A DNA stretch of 64,000 bases, taken from positions 32,001 to 96,000 of the forward strand of contig CAVRFW010000012.1 of the NCBI GenBank assembly GCA_963720565.1, given 5' to 3'. Positions within the stretch are counted from its first letter, which is position 1, and each line of letters opens with the position of its first letter. The DNA is from Candidatus Bathyarchaeota archaeon (lineage in GTDB: Archaea; Thermoproteota; Bathyarchaeia; Bathyarchaeales; Bathycorpusculaceae). The notes beneath the pieces were generated by a model that searched no databases, was not told where the DNA came from, and saw only the letters and a program-made list of their open reading frames with translations. Positions 10,671-19,937 of this stretch are shown here, piece after piece. The translations under genes were made by a program, and so were the position numbers.

Positions 10671-10940
10671 CCAAGAGTTCTAGAACAAGAGGAAATAGGG
10701 CGTAATCTTCGAAATCTCTTCTCTTTACCCCTTGCGACGATTCTGGGTTATTTTGTAGACCTATCTTAACTCTTAGTTTCCAAGAAAGTCGATATCAGGA
10801 AAGCGTTATACATTTTCAAATTTCGTTCCTAGAAGAACGAGAAAAGCATCAGGCACCTTCTGTGTGAAGCGGAATTGGACAAAACATTTAATTTCAGAGC
10901 GACAATCTCACACCATCAACCATCTGGGTGCTTAAACTGA

Positions 10941-12005
10941 ATGGAGCGGAACAAACCTAAGTTAACAAAGAAAACGGTGATTCTTCCTTTAGTTGGCATA
11001 GTAGCCTTCTTGCTCTATGTTTACCTCTTTAATGTAGACATCGTGAACATAATTCAGACAGCTCAACGTGCACAACCCATACCTTATGCAGCAGCTATCC
11101 TTGTAAGCTTTGGAGAAATTTTGTTCTACGCGTTCTCCTGGAGAACAATTCTAGATGGCTTGAACGTGAAATTGTCAATAGTGAAATCGTACATTTTCGT
11201 TTTATACGGGAACCTAATAGACATACTAATCCCTGCGGAATCTGTAAGCGGTGAAATCGCCAGAGTCTACTTGGTGAACAGGGAACAAAGTGGCACAAGT
11301 GGCAAGGTGGTTGCAAGCCTTGTCACCTTCCGTTTGCTCAGCATGGTTATGAACGCAGTGTTTCTATTTCTAGGCGCAACATTGCTATTCGGGGTAACGC
11401 AAATTGATCCTTTAATTTTCAACTCAATCCAATTTTTCGTTGTTGGCACCGCAATATTCTTGGTATTTATTTTGGTATTATGCTGGAATGAAACGTGGAT
11501 AGTAAAAATAATCAATAGCATAATCCGTATTGGAGAACTTATTAGTCGCGGAAAATGGCAGCTTCAAAAAGTCCGGCAAGATGCGCACAACGCGGCTAGA
11601 GTTTTCAACAGTTCAATGAAAGAATTGATACGGAAACCTCAAAAGTTGATAGTTCCATCGTTCTATCTAGCTCTCAACTGGACTGCAAGTATGGGCATTC
11701 CCTATCTTGTATTCCTCTCTTTAGGCTATGAGGTCTCATGGGGCGTCATACTCGTAACCACTTCCATCGTAATAGCCGTTAAGTCAATACCCGTAGGAAT
11801 ACCCTTTGAAGTGGGTCTCCCCGAGATTGCCATGACCACAGTATACACAGCGTTAGGTGTTCCTCCCGGAATTGCAGCAACGTCAACAGTTTTAAGCCGG
11901 CTCATAACCCTGTGGCTTAGATTCGTCCTTGGTTTTGCCGCCTATCAATGGACCGAAATTAAAGCGGCTTTGCCTACAAATTCCATCCTGCTGAATGAAC
12001 CGTAG
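10941..12005 (+). CDS. Lysylphosphatidylglycerol synthase TM-domain (UPF0104) flippase-like membrane protein
   Basis: Multi-TM, 'IPAESVSGEIARVYL', 'P...GLPE', 'RLITLW'. Confidence 0.82.
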   Translation: MERNKPKLTKKTVILPLVGIVAFLLYVYLFNVDIVNIIQTAQRAQPIPYAAAILVSFGEILFYAFSWRTILDGLNVKLSIVKSYIFVLYGNLIDILIPAESVSGEIARVYLVNREQSGTSGKVVASLVTFRLLSMVMNAVFLFLGATLLFGVTQIDPLIFNSIQFFVVGTAIFLVFILVLCWNETWIVKIINSIIRIGELISRGKWQLQKVRQDAHNAARVFNSSMKELIRKPQKLIVPSFYLALNWTASMGIPYLVFLSLGYEVSWGVILVTTSIVIAVKSIPVGIPFEVGLPEIAMTTVYTALGVPPGIAATSTVLSRLITLWLRFVLGFAAYQWTEIKAALPTNSILLNEP

Positions 12006-12664
12006 CTCAAATTTCTCTCTTGAACAGGAAACCAATCAACACCCACTTCCGAGAGTCGGAGAGTCGATTGAACGAACGTCCTAGCAGGAATATAACTTTG
12101 ATGTTTGCTTGACGCGTCTTGTCAGAACACAAGAGGCACATGATTGGGAAAATATAGTGCTGAAAAATGCAGCACCGTGAAATCAACAGAAGTAACACAG
12201 ATTCTCATTAATGTCGGGAATTCACTTAACTTTGCAGGTCGGAGACTTCCGAAATTTGTCGAGGAAATTTGAACCTTCCGGCGATTCAATCTTGCGTCTG
12301 TGATTTCAAAAATTCTCTATTCGGCTCTCCGGAACGATTTTGTAGCCATTCATTGGAGAGTCTACTCAAAACAATTATCGCGCAACCGTTCTTCGAAGGT
12401 TCGAAGAAGAAGAACGATAACTTCGAAAATTGCGTTCGCTTATCCGAGCGCTATTTAGTATGCAATACGTTTTGCCAATTTCAGGGTATTCGGTAAGAGT
12501 GTGTAATTCTGCCTTTCTTTCGCGCACCTTTATGCAGGAGCAGTTCTGAACAGACATTATTAACTGGCTGAAATCGATTGCAGAAATAGATAAGTGCTTA
12601 CTATTTGACTACTAAAATACTTGTCTGATTAATGGAAACAAGAAAAAAATGGTGCCTATCGATG

Positions 12665-13879
12665 CTAATCTTGTATAGCATCTTGATAGGTGATTAGTTC
12701 AACATTAAGTACTGGTTTTACAGCTTCTGATATCCGCGAAGCGACTATGCGTTTTATGTTCTTTTCACTGGCGATGTCTACTATTCTCTGTGTTATTATG
12801 CCATCAAAGATTACTGTCTCGACGTTGCTTGTTTGCTGAAGTTTTTCTGCCAGCTGACTTACTGGTAATTGTTCGATTTGTTCCATTTTCTCGTTGAGCA
12901 GAACTGCTTCAAGCGTTCCCTGCAGTGCCTTGGCTGCTTTGCCAATAGGTTCTGGTACTTCGGTTTTTGGCCGTTCTCTTTTTGGTTTGAAAACTTCAGT
13001 CACTGATACTTTGTTATCTAAAGCTTCCGAGACTTCTTTGCAGTTGCATTCTTCGATTTCTTTCCCTCTGGGTGCGCGAGCAACGTAACGTATGCTTGTT
13101 ACTTGCAAGAGTTCTTTAAGGATTAAGTCTCCTCCGCGATCGCCATCTAGTAAGGCAGTGGATTCTTTTTCCTTGGTAAGTTTCTTTATTGACTCAGGAA
13201 CTTTTGCGCCTTCGAGTGCCACTGTATTGTTTATTCCGCATCTCATCAAATTGATTATGTCTGCGCGTCCTTCAACGATTACAATTTCTTTAGAGCTATT
13301 TAGCCCTGGCCCGGCGGGGAGTTCTTCCGGTCCGTATTTCTCCACCTTGCCCAGTTTCATGGTGTTGCTGATTTCTTTGTAGACCTCATCGACGCTGGGC
13401 ATTGATTCAATATTCCATTTGTGGAGAATTTCTTTGGCACGGTCAATTATGATTTTTCTTCGTGCTTCTCGTACGTCTTCGACTCGCTCAAGACTTACTT
13501 TGGCGCCACATGGGCCTACACGATTAATACTTTCCACGCTTGCTGCTATTAAGGCAGTGCTTACTCTGTCGAGACTGGTAGGTATGGTTATGCTCCCTGT
13601 GGTTCGGTCATTCTTTGAGTGGAGTTCTATTTCTATGCGTCCTATGCGACCAGTTTTCTGAAGTTCTCGCAGGTCAAGTTCTGGTCCAAAAAGTCCTTCT
13701 GTCTGCCCAAAAACTGCGCCTATGACGTCGGGTTTTTCAACGACGCCCTCTATTTCGAATTTCGCGTGAATTACATACTTTATTGTGAAAGTTTGGGATG
13801 TTCCCGTAAATGTGCACCTCCTGGTTCTGTGAGTTAAGTTAGTTTGACCACATGCTTGCGAAATCTTTTCGCCGCTCAT
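12665..13879 (-). CDS. dnaG: Archaeal DnaG-type primase / exosome-associated DnaG
   Basis: GVVEKPDVIGAVFGQTEGL, VEGRAD, DGDRGG TOPRIM motifs; real start probably near 13807. Confidence 0.96.
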   Translation of the reverse strand: MSGEKISQACGQTNLTHRTRRCTFTGTSQTFTIKYVIHAKFEIEGVVEKPDVIGAVFGQTEGLFGPELDLRELQKTGRIGRIEIELHSKNDRTTGSITIPTSLDRVSTALIAASVESINRVGPCGAKVSLERVEDVREARRKIIIDRAKEILHKWNIESMPSVDEVYKEISNTMKLGKVEKYGPEELPAGPGLNSSKEIVIVEGRADIINLMRCGINNTVALEGAKVPESIKKLTKEKESTALLDGDRGGDLILKELLQVTSIRYVARAPRGKEIEECNCKEVSEALDNKVSVTEVFKPKRERPKTEVPEPIGKAAKALQGTLEAVLLNEKMEQIEQLPVSQLAEKLQQTSNVETVIFDGIITQRIVDIASEKNIKRIVASRISEAVKPVLNVELITYQDAIQD

Positions 13880-14062
13880 GGGACTTTATCGACTATTACA
13901 TATTTGCTTTATGAATTGGGACTCGTACTCTTTAAGCTTTCTGGCTTTCCACAGAGTTATTTCGGTTCTTCGTCTAAGGGATTCGCAATAGGAATGAGAC
14001 GATTTGTCTTAGATAGTATTTTGCTCAGAGCAAGAAATAAAAAAAGGTTAAGGAGTAATAGC

Positions 14063-14227
14063 TTAGATTTTCTTCTTGTCGAGAACTTGCCTGAAGGTTT
14101 TTCCGCAGCACTCGTAGAGACCGATCGTGAGTTGTGTTCGTTTTCCTTTCTTGTCAGGCTTACCAGCCATTTTCCATGTTTTTTTCGCGTTTTTTACTTC
14201 TTTTCCACATTTAGGGCATTTTGCCAT
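14063..14227 (-). CDS. Cren7-like small basic chromatin protein with Cys4 zinc ribbon (54 aa; below ORF-track cutoff)
   Basis: Manual translation MAKCPKCGKEVKNAKKTWKMAGKPDKKGKRTQLTIGLYECCGKTFRQVLDKKKI; K-x-W...IGL(F/Y)...GKxFR pattern of Cren7. Confidence 0.8.
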   Translation of the reverse strand: MAKCPKCGKEVKNAKKTWKMAGKPDKKGKRTQLTIGLYECCGKTFRQVLDKKKI

Positions 14228-14539
14228 TCCATTACCCTCTCTTAAAGCGTTACATATGATACTACATAAAAAATTTACGGTCAGATGAAGATACGTGGGT
14301 ACACATCACAAAGAGTACAGGCTCCCAATTCCGACAACATGGGATTCTCTGAAATTATTATTGGTCTAGCATTTGGGAACTAATCATTCGGCTGGCAACT
14401 TGTAACCCAATTATTCCAGGGCTGTCGAAAATGTATTAAAATCCCGTTCGGAAAACAGAACCAAGTCAACTCCGATAAGGTTGCCTTCTTTTTCTAAGAA
14501 ATTCTTGATGGTTTTCAATGCTATTCGACTTGCTTCTTT

Positions 14540-15181
14540 TTAGTTAAATGTGGTGATTAATGACCATAGGGAGGAGCTGAAGAACCACGCTCCAAAACCG
14601 ACAAAGACAGCAAAGCAGAAAAAGAAAATTGCCCTATGAACTTTTTCGTTCCAGAAACGGCGAGACTTGAAAACTGCAAAAGCCATTATTGAATACACTG
14701 CAAAATCGCAAAGCCAATGAATTACGGCGAACACGGAAAACCCCACGAACCCGAATTGCTGGGCGTTGAGTATTAATGCAGTGCCGATGGTTAACCACCA
14801 AAGAATAAAACCTGCGTTTGCAGCTGTTGTCCATATTCCTGCAGCCAAAGTGTCTTTTTTGCTATGAAAGTATTTATTTTGAGCCATTTTCCTATTTCTA
14901 AAAGTCTGAATACCCATGAACATCATGGCCAAACCTCCAATTAATCCAATGGCGATCGTCACGATCCTCGGAACTGCAAAGTTGCTTAGCCAAAAATAAA
15001 TTATGAACATTAGAGGGAACTCTACTATCCCATGTCCGAGGGATATGAGTAGCCCAGCAGCTTTGCTCTTAGCCGCCTTTTCTATGGTAACGGCAAACAA
15101 AGGACCAGGCATTAAAACCCCTGATAGAGAAATTAACGTCACAGAAGCTAAGAACACGTAGAAGTTTGTGATAAACTCCAC
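14540..15181 (-). CDS. LysE/RhtB family transporter
   Basis: 'SLSGVLMPGPL', 'GHGIVE', 'N..FILWW', about 6 TM helices. Confidence 0.9.
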   Translation of the reverse strand: MEFITNFYVFLASVTLISLSGVLMPGPLFAVTIEKAAKSKAAGLLISLGHGIVEFPLMFIIYFWLSNFAVPRIVTIAIGLIGGLAMMFMGIQTFRNRKMAQNKYFHSKKDTLAAGIWTTAANAGFILWWLTIGTALILNAQQFGFVGFSVFAVIHWLCDFAVYSIMAFAVFKSRRFWNEKVHRAIFFFCFAVFVGFGAWFFSSSLWSLITTFN

Positions 15182-15319
15182 TTCTGAATTACCTCCTTAC
15201 GATCTAACCGCGGCAGACCTCGCTCATTAGGTGACTATCCACGAACGTGTTAGGTCTCTTCTCCTAATTCAAGATGCTCCATATTTTTTTATTCTGGTAT
15301 AAATGTTCGCCCACAGTTT

Positions 15320-15349
15320 GTATACAAAAGCATCAACAAAACACACTTT
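15320..15349 (+). repeat. Dispersed ~30-bp intergenic motif, copy A
   Basis: GTATACAAAAGCATCAACAAAACACACTTT. Confidence 0.9.
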
Positions 15350-15356
15350 TTTGCGC

Positions 15357-15887
15357 TTAGCGAGAGACGGCATCAGGATAAAGGTCATTTTGGATTCTAA
15401 TTATTTCAGCACTATCATGAGCTGCCGCATAGCACTCTAGAGTTGAATTGTTCAATTCCAGAAAGGTATGACCCCAAACAAATATGGACAAAAGATCCGC
15501 TGCTTCATTTCTAAGCCCTGAGATGTAAAGTGCTGCAGCTAGCGCCTCAACAGTCGTAAGTTTAGTTGCCTTCCCAAAATTTACAGGATTACCGGCAATT
15601 AGAATTGGCAAGCATCTTGATGTTCCTTTCACGTGTTTCAGCAGAACTTTTTCGGCGTGTACCCAACTGCAGTCTAACGCCACTAACCCGAAGTCTTCGA
15701 CGCGGGTTCGGTCAGCGGGCGAGAATGCTATAGCGGAAAAAGGATTCAAAACAACAGCGCGTTTTGGCAGAAATCTTGTCCTGCTTACAATCCTTGCCTT
15801 TCCATGATGTTTTAGCTTCAATCCCGTGCAACGTTTGGGGTCGCATTGATTTGCATGATAAATTGTTATCCTAAGCTGTCTTTCCAC
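15357..15887 (-). CDS. tsr3: SSU rRNA aminocarboxypropyltransferase Tsr3 (DUF367)
   Basis: QCDPKRCTG, LDCSW, LIAGNPVNFG, LTTVEALAAAL, WGHTFL. Confidence 0.93.
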   Translation of the reverse strand: MERQLRITIYHANQCDPKRCTGLKLKHHGKARIVSRTRFLPKRAVVLNPFSAIAFSPADRTRVEDFGLVALDCSWVHAEKVLLKHVKGTSRCLPILIAGNPVNFGKATKLTTVEALAAALYISGLRNEAADLLSIFVWGHTFLELNNSTLECYAAAHDSAEIIRIQNDLYPDAVSR

Positions 15888-17439
15888 TAGTTTTTCGCAC
15901 CTTCAAATGACTCATCGGATCATCCAGAACACGAGGAATCCAGTTTAACAAATCCGTGGCCACCATATGATGCCCAATTTCGTTCGCCAGAAAGTCACCT
16001 GCAGCGCCATTAACAAATGCCCCCGCAACCGCAGCCTCAAAGGGATCAACTTTCTGTGCCAAAAACGCACCTACAACCCCTGCAAGCAAATCTCCTGTCC
16101 CTCCAACCGTCATTCCGGGGTTCCCGGTGAAGTTCAGCTTGGTTCGCTTTCCATCGCAAACCACATCTATTGGACCTTTCAGCAAAATCACCCCGCCAAG
16201 AGTCTCTGCCGTTTTCTCAACCACAGATATGCAATCCTCTACGTCTTCAGGCAATTTCTTGCTTGTGAGTATGGTATATTCTCCCGAATGAGGCGTGAAG
16301 ACAACAGGAATCTTTAATTGCCTCCTGAATTGCGCATAAGCCTTCAACCCATCAGCATCCAAAAGCAAAGGCTTGCCAGCTTTCTCCACAACGCCAACAA
16401 GAGCTCTTACAAAGTCTACTGTCTCAGTGTGCAATCCGAGTCCAGGACCCAGAACTACAGCATCAACCGCCTCCACAAATGGCGTTAAGGCAGTAACGTT
16501 GTTCATGTTAAGGTGCTTGCCTTCAAGCTTAACTGTTATCAAGTCCGGAGAAAAAGAGGATATTGCCTGGGCAGTCTTTGCCGGGGCTGCCAAATATGCT
16601 ATATCCACGCCCGTTCGAAGAGCGGCCAGTGCAACCAACGCAGGAGCACCAGAAAACACTTCACTACCTCCAACTACCAATAATCGGCCAAAATCGCCTT
16701 TGTGAGCTCCCTTTGACCTTGCTTTGGTAGCAAGAAAAACATCGCCTGGACCTGCATATTTCTCCAATTCCTTTGGCAGTCCTATGTTCTTTACTACCAA
16801 CTCACCTACGTACTCCGTAGCACTCTGCAATCCTCTTTTTGCCTTGTGAAATGTTAGCGTGACGTCAGCTCTCACAGCGTTAGAATTGACCTCACCCGTG
16901 TCAGAATCGATGCCAGTAGGCGTGTCTACGGCTATTTTAAACGCTTTCAGCGTGTTGATGTATTCAACCAATTGAAACATCGGCGGCCTAAGATTCCCCT
17001 TTGCACCTGTTCCCAGCAGAGCATCAATTACTACATCTGCCTCCACTTGTGGAATGACTGAACTATCCGTAACCTCAAAAATGCGAATGCTTTGGCGCAG
17101 AAACCGAAGCGCTTGCCAGTTTTTGAGGGCAGCCTCATGAATGATATCTCTCTCACTTCCTGCGAGAATCACTGAAACCGAATATCCCAAGCTTAGCAGA
17201 TGCCTCGCTGCCACGAAACCGTCACCTCCATTCCCCCCTAAACCGCAGAAAATAGCTACTTTCTCATCCTTCGAAAACCGCTCTGCCACCAGGGCAGCTA
17301 CAGAGCTCCCTGCATTTTCCATCAGTTGAAGCAAAGAAATACCAAAGTATTCAGCGTTTGTTTCCAAGGAACGCATTTGCCTACTTGTCAAGTCTGCATT
17401 AATTCTTTTAACCGGCATTTCTGAAACACCAATAGTCAA
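15871..17439 (-). CDS. nnr: Bifunctional NAD(P)H-hydrate epimerase/dehydratase
   Basis: LMENAG, GGNGGDG, DALLGTG (YjeF_N) plus HKGDFG, LDADGL, TPHSGE, GGTGD (YjeF_C). Confidence 0.95.
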   Translation of the reverse strand: MTIGVSEMPVKRINADLTSRQMRSLETNAEYFGISLLQLMENAGSSVAALVAERFSKDEKVAIFCGLGGNGGDGFVAARHLLSLGYSVSVILAGSERDIIHEAALKNWQALRFLRQSIRIFEVTDSSVIPQVEADVVIDALLGTGAKGNLRPPMFQLVEYINTLKAFKIAVDTPTGIDSDTGEVNSNAVRADVTLTFHKAKRGLQSATEYVGELVVKNIGLPKELEKYAGPGDVFLATKARSKGAHKGDFGRLLVVGGSEVFSGAPALVALAALRTGVDIAYLAAPAKTAQAISSFSPDLITVKLEGKHLNMNNVTALTPFVEAVDAVVLGPGLGLHTETVDFVRALVGVVEKAGKPLLLDADGLKAYAQFRRQLKIPVVFTPHSGEYTILTSKKLPEDVEDCISVVEKTAETLGGVILLKGPIDVVCDGKRTKLNFTGNPGMTVGGTGDLLAGVVGAFLAQKVDPFEAAVAGAFVNGAAGDFLANEIGHHMVATDLLNWIPRVLDDPMSHLKVRKTSGKTA

Positions 17440-17563
17440 TGTCCTTTAATAAAAGATAAGCATATCTTTTGGATCTGCCCAGAAAAGCACAGACAGACAT
17501 CAGAAAATTGAAGAATGCTTCAGATCCTGTCTTTTGTGAAGGTGCAACTTCGCAATAGCGCTG

Positions 17564-17833
17564 CTAACTGACCTTCTGCCTGTGATTCCTTCCCTTATAT
17601 TCACGTGAAATTATCATTGTGGATGTTACGAGTACATTTGGAACTGTCCGTATCTTTTCGGATACGAAGCCCTCAAGCATATCCAGGTCTTCTGTTACCA
17701 CTTTGGCGACCACATCATACTCGCCAAAAATGACGTCTACTTGGATGACTTCGTTGAAATCGACAAGTTTTTGGGCTACTTCTCTCTCAGTTCCTGAACT
17801 CACCTTGAAAAGGACATACGCTGTAACAGGCAT
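17564..17833 (-). CDS. Stand-alone Lrp/AsnC ligand-binding domain protein
   Basis: 'AYVLF', 'FGEYDVVAKV', 'KIRTVPNVLVTSTMI'. Confidence 0.88.
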   Translation of the reverse strand: MPVTAYVLFKVSSGTEREVAQKLVDFNEVIQVDVIFGEYDVVAKVVTEDLDMLEGFVSEKIRTVPNVLVTSTMIISREYKGRNHRQKVS

Positions 17834-17982
17834 ACTTTCACCTGACAGGTCTAGTAGTCTCGAAGGTTTAATACTTTTTCTTTGCGCTTAAGCGGTTCTT
17901 GGCAAAAGTTTATCCGCATCACCGCCTACTTTTAGTCTGATTTCAAAATCAATCAATCTGTTGATTTTAAGAGTGAATTTGT

Positions 17983-18708
17983 ATGAAAAAACCCATCAAT
18001 ATCAGCAAAGCTGATGCCATTATAATTGCCAACATCCAAATCGACTTTCTTCCTGGCGGGGCTTTGCCGGTTTTAGAAGGCGACCTAGTGATTCCTGTAA
18101 TAAATGACTACTTAAAAATATTCAGAAGAGCTGGCGCTTCTATCTTTGCTGTTCGGGACTGGCATCCGCAGAACCATGTATCCTTCACAGGTCAAGGCGG
18201 TCAATGGCCCCCTCACTGTATTCAGGAAAGCGAAGGAGCCAAATTTCATCCAGACCTGAAGCTTCCCGAAGGTACAGTGATTATTTCAAAGGCAACAGAT
18301 ACGTTAAATGATAGCTATTCGAGCTTTGGCGGTACTGAGCTAGCGCAGAATTTAGAAATGCAGGGTATTTATCGGCTTTTTGTTGGCGGTCTCGCAACTG
18401 AATATTGCATTTTGAATACGGTTCTTGATTCCCGCAAGCTAGGTTTTGGGACGTTGTTGCTTCTAGATGCTGTTCGCGGGATAAACGCTAAGCCAAATGA
18501 TGCAAATAGAGCGATTGAAGAAATGGTCTCCGCTGGTGCAGAGCAGGTTACCCTAGAGGATTTCCCTGATTTGCTTGACGTTCCATTTGATGAGAAACCT
18601 CGTTCAGATCGAATAGCAGAGAAACCTCTTTCTAAAGTGGAGCTGAAGAAGAAAGCACGAATGAGACCGCGCGGTCCATACAAGAAAGTACGGACCGAGA
18701 GAGGCTAA
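17983..18708 (+). CDS. pncA: Nicotinamidase/pyrazinamidase (isochorismatase family) with basic C-terminal tail
   Basis: QIDFLPGGAL, RDWHP..H.SF, WPPHC, GLATEYC; the first catalytic Asp appears as Asn. Confidence 0.85.
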   Translation: MKKPINISKADAIIIANIQIDFLPGGALPVLEGDLVIPVINDYLKIFRRAGASIFAVRDWHPQNHVSFTGQGGQWPPHCIQESEGAKFHPDLKLPEGTVIISKATDTLNDSYSSFGGTELAQNLEMQGIYRLFVGGLATEYCILNTVLDSRKLGFGTLLLLDAVRGINAKPNDANRAIEEMVSAGAEQVTLEDFPDLLDVPFDEKPRSDRIAEKPLSKVELKKKARMRPRGPYKKVRTERG

Positions 18709-19204
18709 GCCAGAAACCTGTAGCTTTCAATAGACAAGTTCCTTCACATCCTTTTTCGGGGAAGGTCTATCAGCTCGCTTTTGTGTATCTAACGTTAAAG
18801 ACGAGGCGTCATTGTCGAAATGAAACGAAGCTTATTAATACGTAAAATATTTGACGCTTTTTTCACGTTGGAAAAGGGGATTTTCATAGTTTCCCTTGGA
18901 AGGAGATTTGGAATTTCCCCTTTTGTTTAACCTCAATGTCAATCATCCATCATCGAGAAGGCAATTTACTATGAAAAAGCGTGTTTCAAATTTTCAAGAT
19001 ACTCCCGAAACAACGTCGTATGTATATTTTTTAATTTAAACAGTTAAAAAACCCGCAATTTTATTTGCACTATAGTCTTAAACAATTAAATTGTATTGGA
19101 ATATGGTGTGTTTAAGAAATTCGAATCGCGAAATGTCAACAAAACTCTTTGGCCAAGGCTAACCTGCCAAAAGGTTAGACCTGCAAGTATGAAACCCTGA
19201 GGAA

Positions 19205-19621
19205 TTATCGTTCGCCTAAAACTTGTATGATAACTGCACGTTTCCGTGGATAGACATCTGTTTCTACAAAAAACAATGACTGCCAGGTACCAAATTCGAT
19301 ATGTTCATCAACTACTGGCAGTGTCTTGTCAGGAGGAAGTAACATCGAACGCAAATGAGCATGAGCATTGGATGGATGTTGATACTCCTTGTGTTTCGGA
19401 ACCGTCTCCTTGAGAAAATTCTTGATATCGACAAGCAAAGCAGGGTCATTTTCAGTCAGGATTAGTATGCCTGTTGCGTGTGGGGCAAATATGTGCACCA
19501 GACCATTTCTTATGCCTGAATTGGCCACAATTTCCTGAACCTCATCTGTAAGGTCGACAAAGTCAATGGCGGCCTTTGTAACGAATTGGTATCGAGTGTT
19601 AACAACTTTGAAATCTGACAT
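19205..19621 (-). CDS. YjbQ/UPF0047 family protein
   Basis: 'HATG....ENDP', 'NAHAHLRS', 'GTWQ..FFVE.D..PR.R'. Confidence 0.92.
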   Translation of the reverse strand: MSDFKVVNTRYQFVTKAAIDFVDLTDEVQEIVANSGIRNGLVHIFAPHATGILILTENDPALLVDIKNFLKETVPKHKEYQHPSNAHAHLRSMLLPPDKTLPVVDEHIEFGTWQSLFFVETDVYPRKRAVIIQVLGER

Positions 19622-19714
19622 TACAATTGCCTCTTTTCTCTATAGGTGCTAGCACGCGCTGCCCCTGAAAAGTCTTTCTTAGAAGCGCTGGATAATTTTG
19701 CAATTCTTACCGAA

Positions 19715-19744
19715 AAAGTGTGTTTTGTTGATGCTTTCGTATAC
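19715..19744 (-). repeat. Dispersed ~30-bp intergenic motif, copy B
   Basis: Reverse complement GTATACGAAAGCATCAACAAAACACACTTT (29/30 to copy A). Confidence 0.9.
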
Positions 19745-19937
19745 AGCTTTCTTCGGCAATTAACTTGTTATCACATTGGTGATTGCAGGTGTTGATAAAT
19801 TCGCATGTATTATTGATGCAACCAAACTCACGTAGCAAAGTTATGGCCATGAACAACAAATGAAATTCAGAGGTTTTTTAGCCTTCTTCCACAAAGAATA
19901 ACTTTGTTCTCTCGCATGAAAATGCACTTGTTAAGAG

